Virus record (IMG/VR): IMGVR_UViG_3300044580_000329
Span: 1 to 54,062 of that record
From: a virus
Lineage: Duplodnaviria; Caudoviricetes
Length of the DNA stretch: 54,062 bases
Strand: one strand, 5' to 3'
The position numbers and the translations under genes are program-made. The notes under the pieces are model-generated. The model was not told the DNA's origin. It searched no databases and was given only the letters and a program-made list of their open reading frames with translations. Numbering within the stretch: the stretch's first letter is position 1; each line of letters opens with the position of its first letter. Shown here piece after piece: positions 34,933 to 45,385 of the stretch.

Positions 34933-35595
34933 ATGAACTGCAAATTTTGTAATAAGGAAATTAATAATAAAGGAGGATTGGTAAAACATGAAAACGGATG
35001 TTCTTTAAACCCTGAAAAAATATCATATAGGTCTAATTTTATAGAGTATAATCAAAAAGTAAGGACGGGGGAGATACAAGGAAAAAATCAATATATTACA
35101 GCTAAAGAACGAGGAGAAAAATGGGTGATGCCCAAAGAGGCAATTGAAAAAAATAGACAAAAACATTTAGGAAAACCTCTTAGTAAAGAACACAAAGAAA
35201 TATTATCATTTAAAAGATCTAAGGTAATAGAAGAATTAGGAAAGGGCGGATTTAAACATATCAAATGGTATAAAATTAAAAATATATTCGAAGAAGAATT
35301 TATAGTAAGGGGAAGTTGGGAACTCAAAGTTGCAAAGATCTTAAATAAAGAAAATATTATATGGAGAAGAAAAATTTACTTGAAATATAAAGATAACGAA
35401 GGAGTCATTAGAACATATACGCCAGATTTTTATTTGGTAGAAAGAGATCTTTATATAGAAGTTAAAGGATATTTTAGCATAAAAGATAGGAAAAAAATGA
35501 AAAATGTCTTAAGAGATAATAATATAAATTTAATTATTATTGATAAAAAAATTATAAATGACGAAGAAAAGATATTAAAAATGATAAATTCCTGA
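34933..35595 (+). CDS. Putative homing endonuclease, PD-(D/E)xK type
   Basis: N-terminal CKFC..H...C, RGSWE, YTPDFY....YIEVKG; located in the tRNA array behind ATATATAAAA. Confidence 0.82.
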   Translation: MNCKFCNKEINNKGGLVKHENGCSLNPEKISYRSNFIEYNQKVRTGEIQGKNQYITAKERGEKWVMPKEAIEKNRQKHLGKPLSKEHKEILSFKRSKVIEELGKGGFKHIKWYKIKNIFEEEFIVRGSWELKVAKILNKENIIWRRKIYLKYKDNEGVIRTYTPDFYLVERDLYIEVKGYFSIKDRKKMKNVLRDNNINLIIIDKKIINDEEKILKMINS

Positions 35596-35673
35596 CGTGG
35601 ATGAGTGGTTTAGTCACCTGGCTGATATCCAGGGCTCTCAAAAGCGACGTAGGTTCGAATCCTGCCGTCAGGA
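35591..35673 (+). tRNA. tRNA-Ile(GAT) with long variable arm
   Basis: CCTGACG/CGTCAGG-A, CCTGG-ctGATat-CCAGG, extra GCT-ctcaaa-AGC hairpin. Confidence 0.82.
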
Positions 35674-35679
35674 CAAAAT

Positions 35680-35770
35680 GGAGAGTTGCCAGAGTGGTCT
35701 ATCGGGGCAGCCTGCTAAGCTGTTGAACGCGATATGTGTTCCGTGAGTTCGAACCTCACACTCTCCGCCA
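35680..35770 (+). tRNA. tRNA-Ser(GCT)
   Basis: GGAGAGT/ACTCTCC-G-CCA, loop ctGCTaa, long variable arm. Confidence 0.93.
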
Positions 35771-35831
35771 CTGAAAACGATGCTAAAGTTATCCCTGTTT
35801 TAAGTAGCGGAAGTTTTAGGGATGACAAACT

Positions 35832-35921
35832 GGAGAGTTGGCAGAGTTGGTCTATTGCGGCAGCCTGGAAAGCTGTGATCGAGAGATTGGTCCGTGGGTT
35901 CGAATCCCGCACTCTCCGCCA
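35832..35921 (+). tRNA. tRNA-Ser(GGA)
   Basis: GGAGAGT/ACTCTCC-G-CCA, loop ctGGAaa. Confidence 0.93.
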
Positions 35922-35924
35922 TAC

Positions 35925-36000
35925 GGTGGTATTAGTGTTTAACGGTTAGCACGCAAGTCTGTGGAACTTGTAGTGAAGGGTTCGAATCCCACATACCACC
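35925..36000 (+). tRNA. tRNA-His(GTG)
   Basis: G-1:C73, GTGGTAT/ATACCAC, CAAGT-ctGTGga-ACTTG. Confidence 0.92.
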
Positions 36001-36054
36001 AAGTGGGCAAAATTGCCCCTTCTAGACTGGATATATACATAAAACAATATATCC

Positions 36055-36699
36055 ATGTCTAGAAGTAAAATAAAATTTCATTATATTTATAAAACAACAT
36101 GTTCTATAACAAATAGATATTATTATGGAATGCATTCTACTTATAATATTGATGATGAATATTTAGGTTCGGGAAAAAGATTAAGATATTCCATAAGAAA
36201 ATATGGAAAAGAAAATCATAAAAAAGAAATAATTGAATTTTGTAAAGATAAATTGGAATTAAAAGAGAGAGAATTTAAAATAATAAATGAAGAATTATTG
36301 AATGACCCATTGTGTATGAATTTACAACCGGGCGGCGGGGGAGGATGGAGTAGTGAAATGCAAAGTCAAAATGGTATTAGAGGTAATGCCAGAATGAAAT
36401 GGCTTTGGGAAAATAATGAAGATTGGAAAAACAATTTATCATCTAAGCGTTCTAATTATATGGTAACTTCTTATAAAAGTGGAATCAGAATCCCAAACCC
36501 CCCAAATTGGATAGGAAGAAAACATAAAGAAGAAACCAAACAAAAAATAGGTTTTTCAAATTCAATAAAACAACTTGGGCAAAAAAATTCACAATATGGA
36601 ACTCATTGGATAACAAACGGAGTTCAAAATAAAAAAATTAATAAAAATTGCGATATTCCTGCAGAATGGTACTTAGGTAGAATAGTTAAAAATTGTTAA
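36055..36699 (+). CDS. GIY-YIG-type (Seg-like) homing endonuclease with NUMOD3
   Basis: YIYKTT....RYYYGMHST...YLGSG, MNLQPGG, GRKHKEETKQKIG. Confidence 0.9.
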   Translation: MSRSKIKFHYIYKTTCSITNRYYYGMHSTYNIDDEYLGSGKRLRYSIRKYGKENHKKEIIEFCKDKLELKEREFKIINEELLNDPLCMNLQPGGGGGWSSEMQSQNGIRGNARMKWLWENNEDWKNNLSSKRSNYMVTSYKSGIRIPNPPNWIGRKHKEETKQKIGFSNSIKQLGQKNSQYGTHWITNGVQNKKINKNCDIPAEWYLGRIVKNC

Positions 36700-36783
36700 A
36701 ATTGTTGCTAAAACAGCAAAAAGTTTAAAATTTATTTTTTCGTCTCATTTCTTTTTATTATATTTGCTGTAACAATTACACAC

Positions 36784-37041
36784 ATGAGACAGATTATTTC
36801 AAATCGTTTAATTAAAGAAGAAATGGACAAGCCGTTAAAATCTACTTACAAAGATGTTGGAACCTGCCTCCGTTATAAAGGTAAACAATCAATTATGCGT
36901 TCCAAATTCAAAACGGCTAAAGATGCCCAGAATTACTTTGAAAAGCTTCTTTCTATTGGGGTAATTAACCCATCATATGTGGTATATAAGTGCCCTGAAT
37001 GTCACATGTGGCATGTTGGCTTAAAAGAATGGTCTGAATAA
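36784..37041 (+). CDS. Small zinc-finger protein
   Basis: VYKCPECHMWHVG; TATATTTG promoter upstream. Confidence 0.65.
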   Translation: MRQIISNRLIKEEMDKPLKSTYKDVGTCLRYKGKQSIMRSKFKTAKDAQNYFEKLLSIGVINPSYVVYKCPECHMWHVGLKEWSE

Positions 37042-37061
37042 TAATTTAATACACACACGTC

Positions 37062-37247
37062 ATGAACAAACAGATGTTAAAGGAAGCTGGATTCGACAGA
37101 GAAGTAAAGCTTATTGAAGAAGGAAAATGCCCTTGTTGTGAAGAAGTTATCAACGAAGCTGATTTCAGAGATGAACTTTCCAAAAAGGAATTTCATGTAA
37201 GCGGAATGTGCCAGTCCTGCCAGGATTCAGTTTTCGGAAAAGAGTAA
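37062..37247 (+). CDS. Small zinc-binding phage protein
   Basis: CPCC...FRDELS.KEF.VSGMCQSCQD.VF. Confidence 0.7.
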   Translation: MNKQMLKEAGFDREVKLIEEGKCPCCEEVINEADFRDELSKKEFHVSGMCQSCQDSVFGKE

Positions 37248-37933
37248 GATATGAGTTTTAAACTTGAGCCCAAAAAACCTGAAGAAATTGTTGATGGGTT
37301 GAGGGAATTACCTACTGATGATATATTTTCAAAAATCAGTAAGGACCCTAAATCTCCATTCAACATTTTTCTTTCTTTAGCTCTTAAGGATCGTTATGAA
37401 CAACGATCTCGTCAGGAAAAAGAAAAAGATTAGGAAATTTTCGCGTTAGGATAGGAGCTATTAAAGCATACTCTAAACAATGGTATAGAGATAATAAAGA
37501 AAGGCATCGTCAGAGAAGTCAGATTTTAAGAAGCAAAGAACAAGAACAAAGAAAAAGAAGGGTTGAAAATTATTTTAATAAAATGAAACCTGAAATAACT
37601 CGACTCTTAAAAATTTTTGAATCCCCATTAACATTAAAGGATATAAAAAATCATTGCTACCGATTAAATACAACTTCTATTTACAAAATAAAAGCATTTA
37701 TCATAAACAATAAAAGAAGTAAATTATTGAATCGTGAAGCATACATGCAATCATATGTTGTAAAATATGCTTGGGGAATTGCCGGCGATGGATTTAATAA
37801 TTATTCTTCGCTGCCTGAACGAACAAAAGAAAAAATAAGAAAGGAATACAAGGACAAAGCCAAAGATATTGTAAATAAAAAAATTGCTGAACTTTGTGCT
37901 AATATTTAAAAAATTGTTTATATTTGTTCTTTA

Positions 37934-38131
37934 AATAACTAAGAGGACTTGTCGCTTCGCAAGAAGAGGAACTTCAGGACATCTCTGCTAAATGCGGGAG
38001 GGCTAAACCCCCGATACTACCGCAGAGGATGCGAGCCAAATAGACCGAGGCGGAAAGCAGGCCAATGAGGTCGGGTTGGTGCTTAGAGAAATGACAAGAT
38101 AAAACAGAATCCTGGGTACGCTCAAGTTATT
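37934..38131 (+). ncRNA. rnpB: Minimal RNase P RNA
   Basis: CR-I-like GAGGAACTTCAGGAC, CR-IV-like AGAGAAATGA, CR-V-like AAACAGAATCCTGGGTAC; P4 pairs with covariation; P1 AATAACT/AGTTATT; own TATATTTG promoter. Confidence 0.85.
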
Positions 38132-38148
38132 TTTTAAAAAATATTTTT

Positions 38149-38430
38149 ATGGCAGAAAATAGAGGTAATCGAAATCGAAGAACTTCTCTGGAACAAATAG
38201 AGAAGTTTCCATTATCGCAAGAAGATAAAATCAATTATTTTAGAATTGCATTAGGACTCCAAAAAATTGGAGTCGATAATGAAATGGCAGACCGAATCAT
38301 CCAAACATATGAAGCAGTCACTCGTTTAGGAGGTAAATTTAGCATTGAAGATGCTGTTGATATAGAATTATCTCTTGATCGAAAATATCGAAAAAAAGAT
38401 GTAATAGTAAGAGCCGAACCCAATAATTGA
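38149..38430 (+). CDS. Hypothetical protein
   Basis: 93-aa ORF. Confidence 0.6.
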   Translation: MAENRGNRNRRTSLEQIEKFPLSQEDKINYFRIALGLQKIGVDNEMADRIIQTYEAVTRLGGKFSIEDAVDIELSLDRKYRKKDVIVRAEPNN

Positions 38431-38472
38431 CAAAACTTCTGAATTAGAATTACTTATAAGAATAAACAATAA

Positions 38473-38796
38473 ATGCCAGAATTAAGAAGATTATCTGATG
38501 GAGCAGGAGATGCAGGCTCAATGGTTGATGCCATTGCATGGAACGAAGATGGAACATTCAAAGAAATTGCAGGCCATAAACCAATGTTGGGTTGTTCTCT
38601 TAAAGTTGGAAGTCCATTTGCAAGATCATATTCCAATCAAGATTGGTGGATGACTACACCGATAACTGAGATTATTGAAGATATTGAAAAAGAAGATGGA
38701 CATTATGTTCGTTTTAAAACACAGAACAGCGAGTATGAATATTTTTCAGGAAATGCATCTTTATGGGCAAAAACAAAGAAGAGAATTAAAAAATGA
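38473..38796 (+). CDS. Hypothetical phage protein
   Basis: ARSY..QDWWMTTPITEI...F.TQNSEY; ATGA-coupled. Confidence 0.65.
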   Translation: MPELRRLSDGAGDAGSMVDAIAWNEDGTFKEIAGHKPMLGCSLKVGSPFARSYSNQDWWMTTPITEIIEDIEKEDGHYVRFKTQNSEYEYFSGNASLWAKTKKRIKK

Positions 38797-39278
38797 AAGC
38801 TGAATTACAAAAGAAACTAGTTAGCAAATATCCTGAATTTTTTCAATATTTGCAGGAGAATGAAACTCCTATGATCGATCCGGCCCAACCTGTTATGCAT
38901 GAAGTTAACACACTACTGAATCAGAAAAAAATTGTATTACCAATGCAGTTTGGATTTGAATGTGGTGATGGATGGTACTGGTTACTAGATCAGTTGATGG
39001 ATACGATTTACTCTTATTGTAAAAATAATAATAAACCTATCCCTCATGTTTCTCAGATAAAAGAAAAATGGGGAGGTCTTTGTTTTTATTCAGGAGGTGA
39101 CGAAATGATTCATGGCATGATATGGCTTGCAGAACATATGTCATATAGCATTTGTGAAACCTGTGGAACAAATCGTAATGTTGGTCAAACAGAAGGATGG
39201 GTTTACACTATATGCGAAGATTGTAGAGAAAAAAACCCCAGAGCTAAAGAATTACCATTTAAATTGCGAAAAATATGA
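38793..39278 (+). CDS. Conserved phage hypothetical protein
   Basis: FECGDGW..L, QIKEKWGGL.FY, CETCG...W..T.C. Confidence 0.7.
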   Translation: MKAELQKKLVSKYPEFFQYLQENETPMIDPAQPVMHEVNTLLNQKKIVLPMQFGFECGDGWYWLLDQLMDTIYSYCKNNNKPIPHVSQIKEKWGGLCFYSGGDEMIHGMIWLAEHMSYSICETCGTNRNVGQTEGWVYTICEDCREKNPRAKELPFKLRKI

Positions 39279-39805
39279 AAAGACTTAGCATTTTAATTTT
39301 GACATTATTTTTAGTCAGTTGCGCTACTAAAATAACAGAAAAAGATTATTACATGAATGAAGATTTTACTCTCATTGACCGTGTGGAAACTACAAGCATA
39401 AAAGATGATTCTCCTGTAACTGTTTGGACTTGGGTAATTAAGCGCAATATAACATCAGGAGATAGTATTGAAATCGCAAAAATTTCCAATCTATCAACTA
39501 TTGATCAACAGTCCTGTGGTTGTGGGAATTCTAAAGTTTTTACTATTAATAATGAATTATGGTATAATAAAAAAATTGGGGATAATTTACATTTTGATTA
39601 TATTCGTCGATCAAGATTTTTTAAAGTCACCCAATCAAACGAAACCCAATTAAGTAATACGGTACAACAACCACAAATACAAAAACAACCGCCAATTACT
39701 TACACAACACCTATGAGTGATCTTGAAACAGAAAGAAAAATAATGGAATTAGAGCGTCAAAAAATACAAATAGAATTAGAATTAGAAAAATTAAAAACTA
39801 AATAA
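39275..39805 (+). CDS. Putative lipoprotein
   Basis: MKRLSILILTLFLVSC. Confidence 0.6.
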   Translation: MKRLSILILTLFLVSCATKITEKDYYMNEDFTLIDRVETTSIKDDSPVTVWTWVIKRNITSGDSIEIAKISNLSTIDQQSCGCGNSKVFTINNELWYNKKIGDNLHFDYIRRSRFFKVTQSNETQLSNTVQQPQIQKQPPITYTTPMSDLETERKIMELERQKIQIELELEKLKTK

Positions 39806-39807
39806 TA

Positions 39808-40014
39808 ATGTCAAATTCAAAAGCAACCTCAGGAGGTGTGTCCCTAGCAACAGTTTTAGTGGCTATATTTGTAGTTCTAAAATTGACACATGTAATTGAT
39901 TGGTCTTGGTGGTGGGTATTCTCGCCGTGGTGGATAGGAATCGCTATATTCGTAGCAATATTAGCTGTAATTGGCCTTGTTGCTGGTATAGTATTAATTT
40001 TAAAAAGGCTATAA
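39808..40014 (+). CDS. Small transmembrane protein
   Basis: FVVLKLTHVIDWSWWWVFSPWW motif. Confidence 0.75.
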   Translation: MSNSKATSGGVSLATVLVAIFVVLKLTHVIDWSWWWVFSPWWIGIAIFVAILAVIGLVAGIVLILKRL

Positions 40015-40373
40015 GATGGGAAAAATAACTACTTATGAAAGATTACCAGAAGACCTTGGTGGTTTTGAAGTTGAAGTATTTTGGGAACTTGGTGATCAGT
40101 TTGATGAAGCAGGAGATGGTCATTGTTTCATGCACTTTGTTGATGGATATTCACCATCCGGATATAAATTCTCAGGCTCAACAGAAGTTGTTGATGGAGA
40201 ATGGAGTGACGTAGATGATGTAGAGTTTGAAGGAGAGGAATGAAAAATTGGATTTCCAATTTAATTCTTTTTATAACTTTATTATTCATAGCTATTTTAT
40301 TTGGATGGTTTGGATTAATAATGTTAGCAGGGATTTATATTATTGGATTTTTTATTAAAATTTTTAAACATAA

Positions 40374-40853
40374 ATGAAAAAACAAAAACGTATCATTTTA
40401 GTAGGCCCTACTGCATCAGGAAAAAATTTCATTAGATCTAAATTCGCTGAAAAGGGATTTAGTTTCGATGTATCATATACCACTAGAGAACCAAGAGAGG
40501 GTGAAGAATTCGGTGTAGATTACAACTTTATTTCAAAAGAGGAATTTAAAAAAATGATTAAAGACAAAGCCTTCTATGAATGGGTTGAATATAATGGAAA
40601 CTATTATGGAACAGGATTATGGGAATTTAAACACTCAGATGTTTTTATAATGGAAACAGATGGTATTAAACATCTTAAACCCAAACATCGTAAAAAATCT
40701 TTGGTTTTGTTCGTAAACACCGCTGAAAACGTTCGAATTGAACGAATGAAAGAAAGAGGATGGGATGACGAAAAAATTGCTGATCGTATAAAGACAGATA
40801 AAGAAAAATTTGACAATTTTACTGATTTTGATTTGCAAATTCAATCAGTATGA
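40374..40853 (+). CDS. gmk: Guanylate kinase-like protein
   Basis: GPTASGK, SYTTREPREGEEFGVDYNFIS, YNGNYYGT. Confidence 0.88.
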   Translation: MKKQKRIILVGPTASGKNFIRSKFAEKGFSFDVSYTTREPREGEEFGVDYNFISKEEFKKMIKDKAFYEWVEYNGNYYGTGLWEFKHSDVFIMETDGIKHLKPKHRKKSLVLFVNTAENVRIERMKERGWDDEKIADRIKTDKEKFDNFTDFDLQIQSV

Positions 40854-40857
40854 TTAG

Positions 40858-41882
40858 ATGATACATCCCATTATCACATATGGAAATAGTATGTTAACTC
40901 AGAAGTCTGGAGAAATCCCACAAAATTTTCCAAATATTCATGAGTTAATAAATGATATGTTTGAAACAATGTTGAAAGCTAATGGTATAGGATTATCAGG
41001 AATTCAGATCGGAATTCCTTTACGAATTTTCGTCATTGAAGTAAAAAAACAACGAGAGGGTGATTTTGGATTTAGAGGAGTATTCATAAATCCATATATC
41101 AGAAAAGAATTTGGAGAGAAAGTAAAATTTACTGAAGGATGTCTTTCCGTGCCAATGATTTCTGCGGTCGTAGAAAGAAGTGCTGAAGTAGAATTAGAAA
41201 CTACTTGCGCTGAAATTGGAGACGAACTTCCAATCGGTTCGCAACATGAGGCATAACGGATTAAACCGCACGAAGCCCAGCATGTTTTATATTGCGTGTT
41301 GTGCGTAGTGCTTTAATAATTAATACTATGACACACGAAGAATTTAAAAAAGAATTAGAAAGCATTTCAAACGAAGAATTGGCAACTATGGCATATTCTG
41401 CATTAAGCAAACTATGCTCAACTGGTGGAAGAAGTTTTACCATGACCGTTCCCCCAAGAAAAGACGATACTGATATGATATTCTCAGAAATAATCACACG
41501 ATTTGAAAAGTTGACATTACGCACAACGGCTGCAAGTATGGCAAGGCAGGGTTTAAGAGTGCTGACCTGTCGAGCCGTGATAAAGTAAATTAGAAGCACT
41601 CAGATAGCATACAGAATGCGCCCCTGCTTTGCTATACTTGTTGTTATAGGGCGTTTATTTTTAAAATCATGTGTCAAACTGTAATACTTGCAAAAAGTGG
41701 TCTTGAATGCGAAACAGTTAAAGAACTGAAAGAAGCGTTACCAAAAATAGAATTGATTAAAATATGATCATTTAGAAGGAATTGTTTATGTTGAAAGATT
41801 AAACCCGCTTTGGAAAGAGGCACTTCAAGTACCATTACAAGAGATTAAAGATAAAAAGATTGAAGTAAATTATTTGATATAA
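40858..41882 (+). pseudogene. def: Peptide deformylase interrupted by a ~560-bp foreign patch
   Basis: GIGLSGIQ and EGCLSVP lie before 41200; YDHLEGIVYVERL (HExxH region) resumes at 41763 and ends TAA at 41882. Confidence 0.85.
41521..41649 (+). mobile_element. attC-like imperfect palindrome (second, weaker one at 41251-41304)
   Basis: GCACAAC...GTTATAG ends; 19-bp arms CAAGTATGGCAAGGCAGGG/CCCTGCTTTGCTATACTTG. Confidence 0.55.
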
Positions 41883-42010
41883 TAATCTCAAAATTTTTTT
41901 TATTCTCGATTTTTTGTTTATATTAGCAAAAAATATTAAAATCACACAACTATGAAAGGTACATTTATTGCTATCGGTCTATTTTTAATCTTGGGAATTG
42001 GAATTGCAAT

Positions 42011-43234
42011 ATGGGCAATTTATTCTTTAAGCATAAATTTACGTGGTGGGAATTTTTTATTCCAATAACAAGTACATTAATAGTAATTGTTATTACTAAA
42101 TTAATTTTTGACACAGCTAATCTTAAATTTGATGAATGGTGGGGATCAACAGTTGTAGCAGTATATGAAGAAGAACCATATAACGAATGGCATCATCAAA
42201 CATGCACACGTTCTGTTCCATGCGGAACAGATAGTGAAGGACATACAAAATATTGTACTGAAACGTATGACTGTTCTCATCAGGATGATTATGGTCCCCG
42301 TTGGTATATGACTACTAATATCGGAGAAATTATTTTTATTGCTGAAGCCGAATACGAGTATATGAAGAAATTATGGGGGACCCCGAGCATTACTATCAAA
42401 GAAATAAGAAATTATTCTCCTCGAGATAGGGCTGTTGGTTCAAGAGGAACAAAATTTGAAGGTAAACAAGTTGGTAAGGTTTCTTATTTTTATAAGTGTG
42501 AATGGCCGGGTGTTGATTCAACAAGGGTTCCATTCGTCTCCAGAAGAATTTATGAAAATCGAGTAAAGGCTTCTGATCTAACAATATTTAATATTTCTAT
42601 TGTTGATGAAAAAACTGCCGACAGTTTGAAATTATTTAAATATCCAGAAAAAGGTCCAAGAGGAAACGAAGGGTTATATTTTCCCACAATACTCGGAGGA
42701 AACGTTTCGGAAGATGTTCATCAGTTATTCCGGCAGTTAAATGGCAAATTTGGGGTGTCTGATTCCCTACGTCTATGGGTCCTTATATATCCAAAGGGTA
42801 CCCCAGAAGTTAATGCAACGTATCAAGAAAACTACTGGGTAAAGGGAAATAAGAATGAAATAGTTATATGTCTAAGTTTAGATCAGAATAACCACCTGCA
42901 ATGGGTTCATTCATTTTCATGGGGAATGCCAACAGGGATAACTGAGGCAACAAAAATGCAAGCTATTTCTATTGAAACATTTGACCACGCTGGTTGGGTT
43001 CAATATGCTAAATGGCTGGATGAAAATCTTCATTTATATAAACAAAGGGATTTTAACAAAGAATTTTCTTACATAAAATTAAAACCAACTAAGGCTTCTA
43101 TCATAACTATTATTATATTAGCAATCATAATTTCTGTAGGAACTAATTTTTGGGCAATTTATAACGAGATAGATGATTATGAAGAAACAGGTAATCGTAA
43201 TTGGAACTCATTCATTCGTAGACGTAATTACTAA
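42011..43234 (+). CDS. Membrane-anchored hypothetical protein; 5' end possibly damaged
   Basis: N- and C-terminal TM segments, Cys-rich loop, WVKGNKNEIVI motif. Confidence 0.7.
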   Translation: MGNLFFKHKFTWWEFFIPITSTLIVIVITKLIFDTANLKFDEWWGSTVVAVYEEEPYNEWHHQTCTRSVPCGTDSEGHTKYCTETYDCSHQDDYGPRWYMTTNIGEIIFIAEAEYEYMKKLWGTPSITIKEIRNYSPRDRAVGSRGTKFEGKQVGKVSYFYKCEWPGVDSTRVPFVSRRIYENRVKASDLTIFNISIVDEKTADSLKLFKYPEKGPRGNEGLYFPTILGGNVSEDVHQLFRQLNGKFGVSDSLRLWVLIYPKGTPEVNATYQENYWVKGNKNEIVICLSLDQNNHLQWVHSFSWGMPTGITEATKMQAISIETFDHAGWVQYAKWLDENLHLYKQRDFNKEFSYIKLKPTKASIITIIILAIIISVGTNFWAIYNEIDDYEETGNRNWNSFIRRRNY

Positions 43235-43670
43235 TAGCTCATCAGAACTATTTGTTTTAGGTGAAGCTAAGTCTATTGAAGCGGTTAAAGAAGTGCTTCA
43301 GGTTATGCTTGATCATTGGAATCAAATGGCTGCACAAGGAATATTTGGTTCTCATTATGTATCGAATGAAAGATATTCATTATCAACAAATGAGAAAGCA
43401 GAATATAAACCTATTAAAAAATGGAGTGAAACTTTCGGCCGAATTTACGTTTATACAGAAGAACGATATAGAGATGATATGGAAGAAATAAAAAAATTTA
43501 AAAGAGATCATCCAAAATCAGATTGGGACCCGGGTTGGGGTTATGAAAAGAAGGAAAATATTGGCAAAATCATGATCGAAAGCGAAAGTGACAACTCTAT
43601 CCCTCATGAAATGTTTGAGTGGATTGAATCTGCTTTTGGTTATAATACAGAAAGATACCACCTAGGATAA
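43179..43670 (+). CDS. ITNSS-motif protein 1
   Basis: HSFVDVITNSSSELF. Confidence 0.7.
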   Translation: MKKQVIVIGTHSFVDVITNSSSELFVLGEAKSIEAVKEVLQVMLDHWNQMAAQGIFGSHYVSNERYSLSTNEKAEYKPIKKWSETFGRIYVYTEERYRDDMEEIKKFKRDHPKSDWDPGWGYEKKENIGKIMIESESDNSIPHEMFEWIESAFGYNTERYHLG

Positions 43671-43684
43671 TTAAATAATCAAAA

Positions 43685-44137
43685 ATGAAAATAAAAATTC
43701 CGCTACACTCAACAACAGATTTGATTACAAATTCATCTACTGTCATTTTTACATACAGTGAGAATTCTGTTGGTGCTCTCAAACAAATGATTGATGAGCT
43801 GTTTAAAACTTTCGGTATCGATAAAACATGTGAAGATGTTTTCGATATGGTTATTACATGTGAAGACTCTTGGCCCTATGAAGAATATGTCAAAGAAAAT
43901 GGGGTTGATGGCGTAAATCTTGATGATGTTGATCAGCTTCTTCAAGATGTTCGTTCTGGAAAAATTCCTAAACCTTATTGGTTTGAAAATGCCGAACAAA
44001 CAGAATTATGTTGTGATTATTACACGCCAACAACTATTCTAAACCTAATTCCAAAGGCTGCAGAGTATGAGAGACTAGGAAATTTAGTTACAAACTTTTT
44101 ATATTCACCAAATCATGAAGCAACACACGATGGTTAA
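43685..44137 (+). CDS. ITNSS-motif protein 2
   Basis: HSTTDLITNSSTVIF. Confidence 0.7.
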   Translation: MKIKIPLHSTTDLITNSSTVIFTYSENSVGALKQMIDELFKTFGIDKTCEDVFDMVITCEDSWPYEEYVKENGVDGVNLDDVDQLLQDVRSGKIPKPYWFENAEQTELCCDYYTPTTILNLIPKAAEYERLGNLVTNFLYSPNHEATHDG

Positions 44138-44606
44138 AATCCCAGTACATTCTCAGATTGATTTGATTACAAATTCATCAACGGAGATATTTGTTCATAG
44201 TGAAAATTCTATTGAACCGGCCCGCGAACTATTGGCTGAACTTCTGAAGATGGAGGGTTCAGACAAGAATGTCGATGATGTATTCGAAATTTCAACCAGA
44301 ATGGAAGAATGGAATCTGGAACAGATGATCGAGTATGGAAGCGAAGATATTGATTGTGACGAACTTCAACAGTCACTTGGTATCGATCCTAATCTACCTT
44401 ACAAAGAAAAAGAAAAGGCAATAAAAAAAGTTGTAAAAGAGATCATTGATGGAACTCGTTCTTTACCCAAAGAAATTGAAGACTACAACTATGGTGTTCA
44501 GACTTTTCTTGTAGTTAAGGCAAAGGACCCAAAATACAGCAAGTTCCTTGATCTATTGGTGAAGCTTGTTTATTCACCTGATTGGTATGAATACAGTAAT
44601 GGATAA
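44130..44606 (+). CDS. ITNSS-motif protein 3
   Basis: HSQIDLITNSSTEIF. Confidence 0.7.
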   Translation: MVKIPVHSQIDLITNSSTEIFVHSENSIEPARELLAELLKMEGSDKNVDDVFEISTRMEEWNLEQMIEYGSEDIDCDELQQSLGIDPNLPYKEKEKAIKKVVKEIIDGTRSLPKEIEDYNYGVQTFLVVKAKDPKYSKFLDLLVKLVYSPDWYEYSNG

Positions 44607-45006
44607 AACTGCAGAACAGCAGGGGCTTGCAAACGTAGCTAAAGCTAAATACGAAAAAGAGGTTGAAAAAGTTCAAGCTGTAACACAGGCACAAAAAGAA
44701 TTTGAAGTTGCCCAACTTACTGCAAAGAAGGAAGATCAGAATAGATTAGCAAAAATATACGAAGGTCAAGGTATTGCAGAATTCAACCGTTTAAAAGTTC
44801 AGGCCGGCCTTACTCCACAGGAAAAAATGGAATGGGAATACAAAACCAAAGTTGGTGTTGCTGCTGAATTAGCCAAAGCCCAGCCAGGAGCATTCGTACC
44901 AAGTGTCATGGTTGCAGGAGGTAATGGAAATGGTGTCAACGCAATGGATGCTGTTGGTATCAACATGCTTCTGGATGTAATGAATAAGATGGACACTAAG
45001 AAGTAA
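44607..45006 (+). pseudogene. C-terminal coiled-coil fragment, SPFH/flotillin-like
   Basis: TAEQQG.A.V.KAKYEKE...AGLTP...VGVAAELAK...PSVMVAGG; no convincing N-terminal domain. Confidence 0.5.
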
Positions 45007-45021
45007 TCAATTTTTACAATT

Positions 45022-45300
45022 ATGTATAGAGAAAACGAAATTTACAAAATCGTGCCAAACGAACCGGTAACCGAAACTCAAAGAGGGAGGAAGCCGTCAA
45101 CGTTCAGAGCCAAGGTTGATAAAACTTTAGGTTCTATGGAAAGAAACACATCCTTTACCGTATGGAATAAGGTTGGAATGACTAATACCAAACTTCAGAA
45201 TGTACTTAGCAGCTATGCTTGTATGTTCGGAAATAAAACGGGTAAACAATTTACGACCAAAAAATACAAACGTGGTGTAAAAGTTTCACGTGTTTGGTAA
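45022..45300 (+). CDS. Small basic protein, possibly DNA-binding
   Basis: RGRK...SFTV...KQFTTK....VKVSRV. Confidence 0.55.
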   Translation: MYRENEIYKIVPNEPVTETQRGRKPSTFRAKVDKTLGSMERNTSFTVWNKVGMTNTKLQNVLSSYACMFGNKTGKQFTTKKYKRGVKVSRVW

Positions 45301-45317
45301 ACATTTCGTTGAAAATA

Positions 45318-45353
45318 AATCCCTCTAGATTTTTTATTTAGAGGGATTTTTTT
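45318..45353 (+). terminator. Intrinsic terminator
   Basis: AAATCCCTCTA...TAGAGGGATTT plus T-run. Confidence 0.75.
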
Positions 45354-45385
45354 ATATTTGCATGTAATGACTATAATAAATTCAC

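Noticed and set aside
44566-45006. Novel stand-alone coiled-coil gene
   Set aside because: It looks like the C-terminus of an SPFH-type protein joined directly to the previous stop codon. Similar abrupt joins near 30300 and 42020 suggest deletions or assembly collapse.
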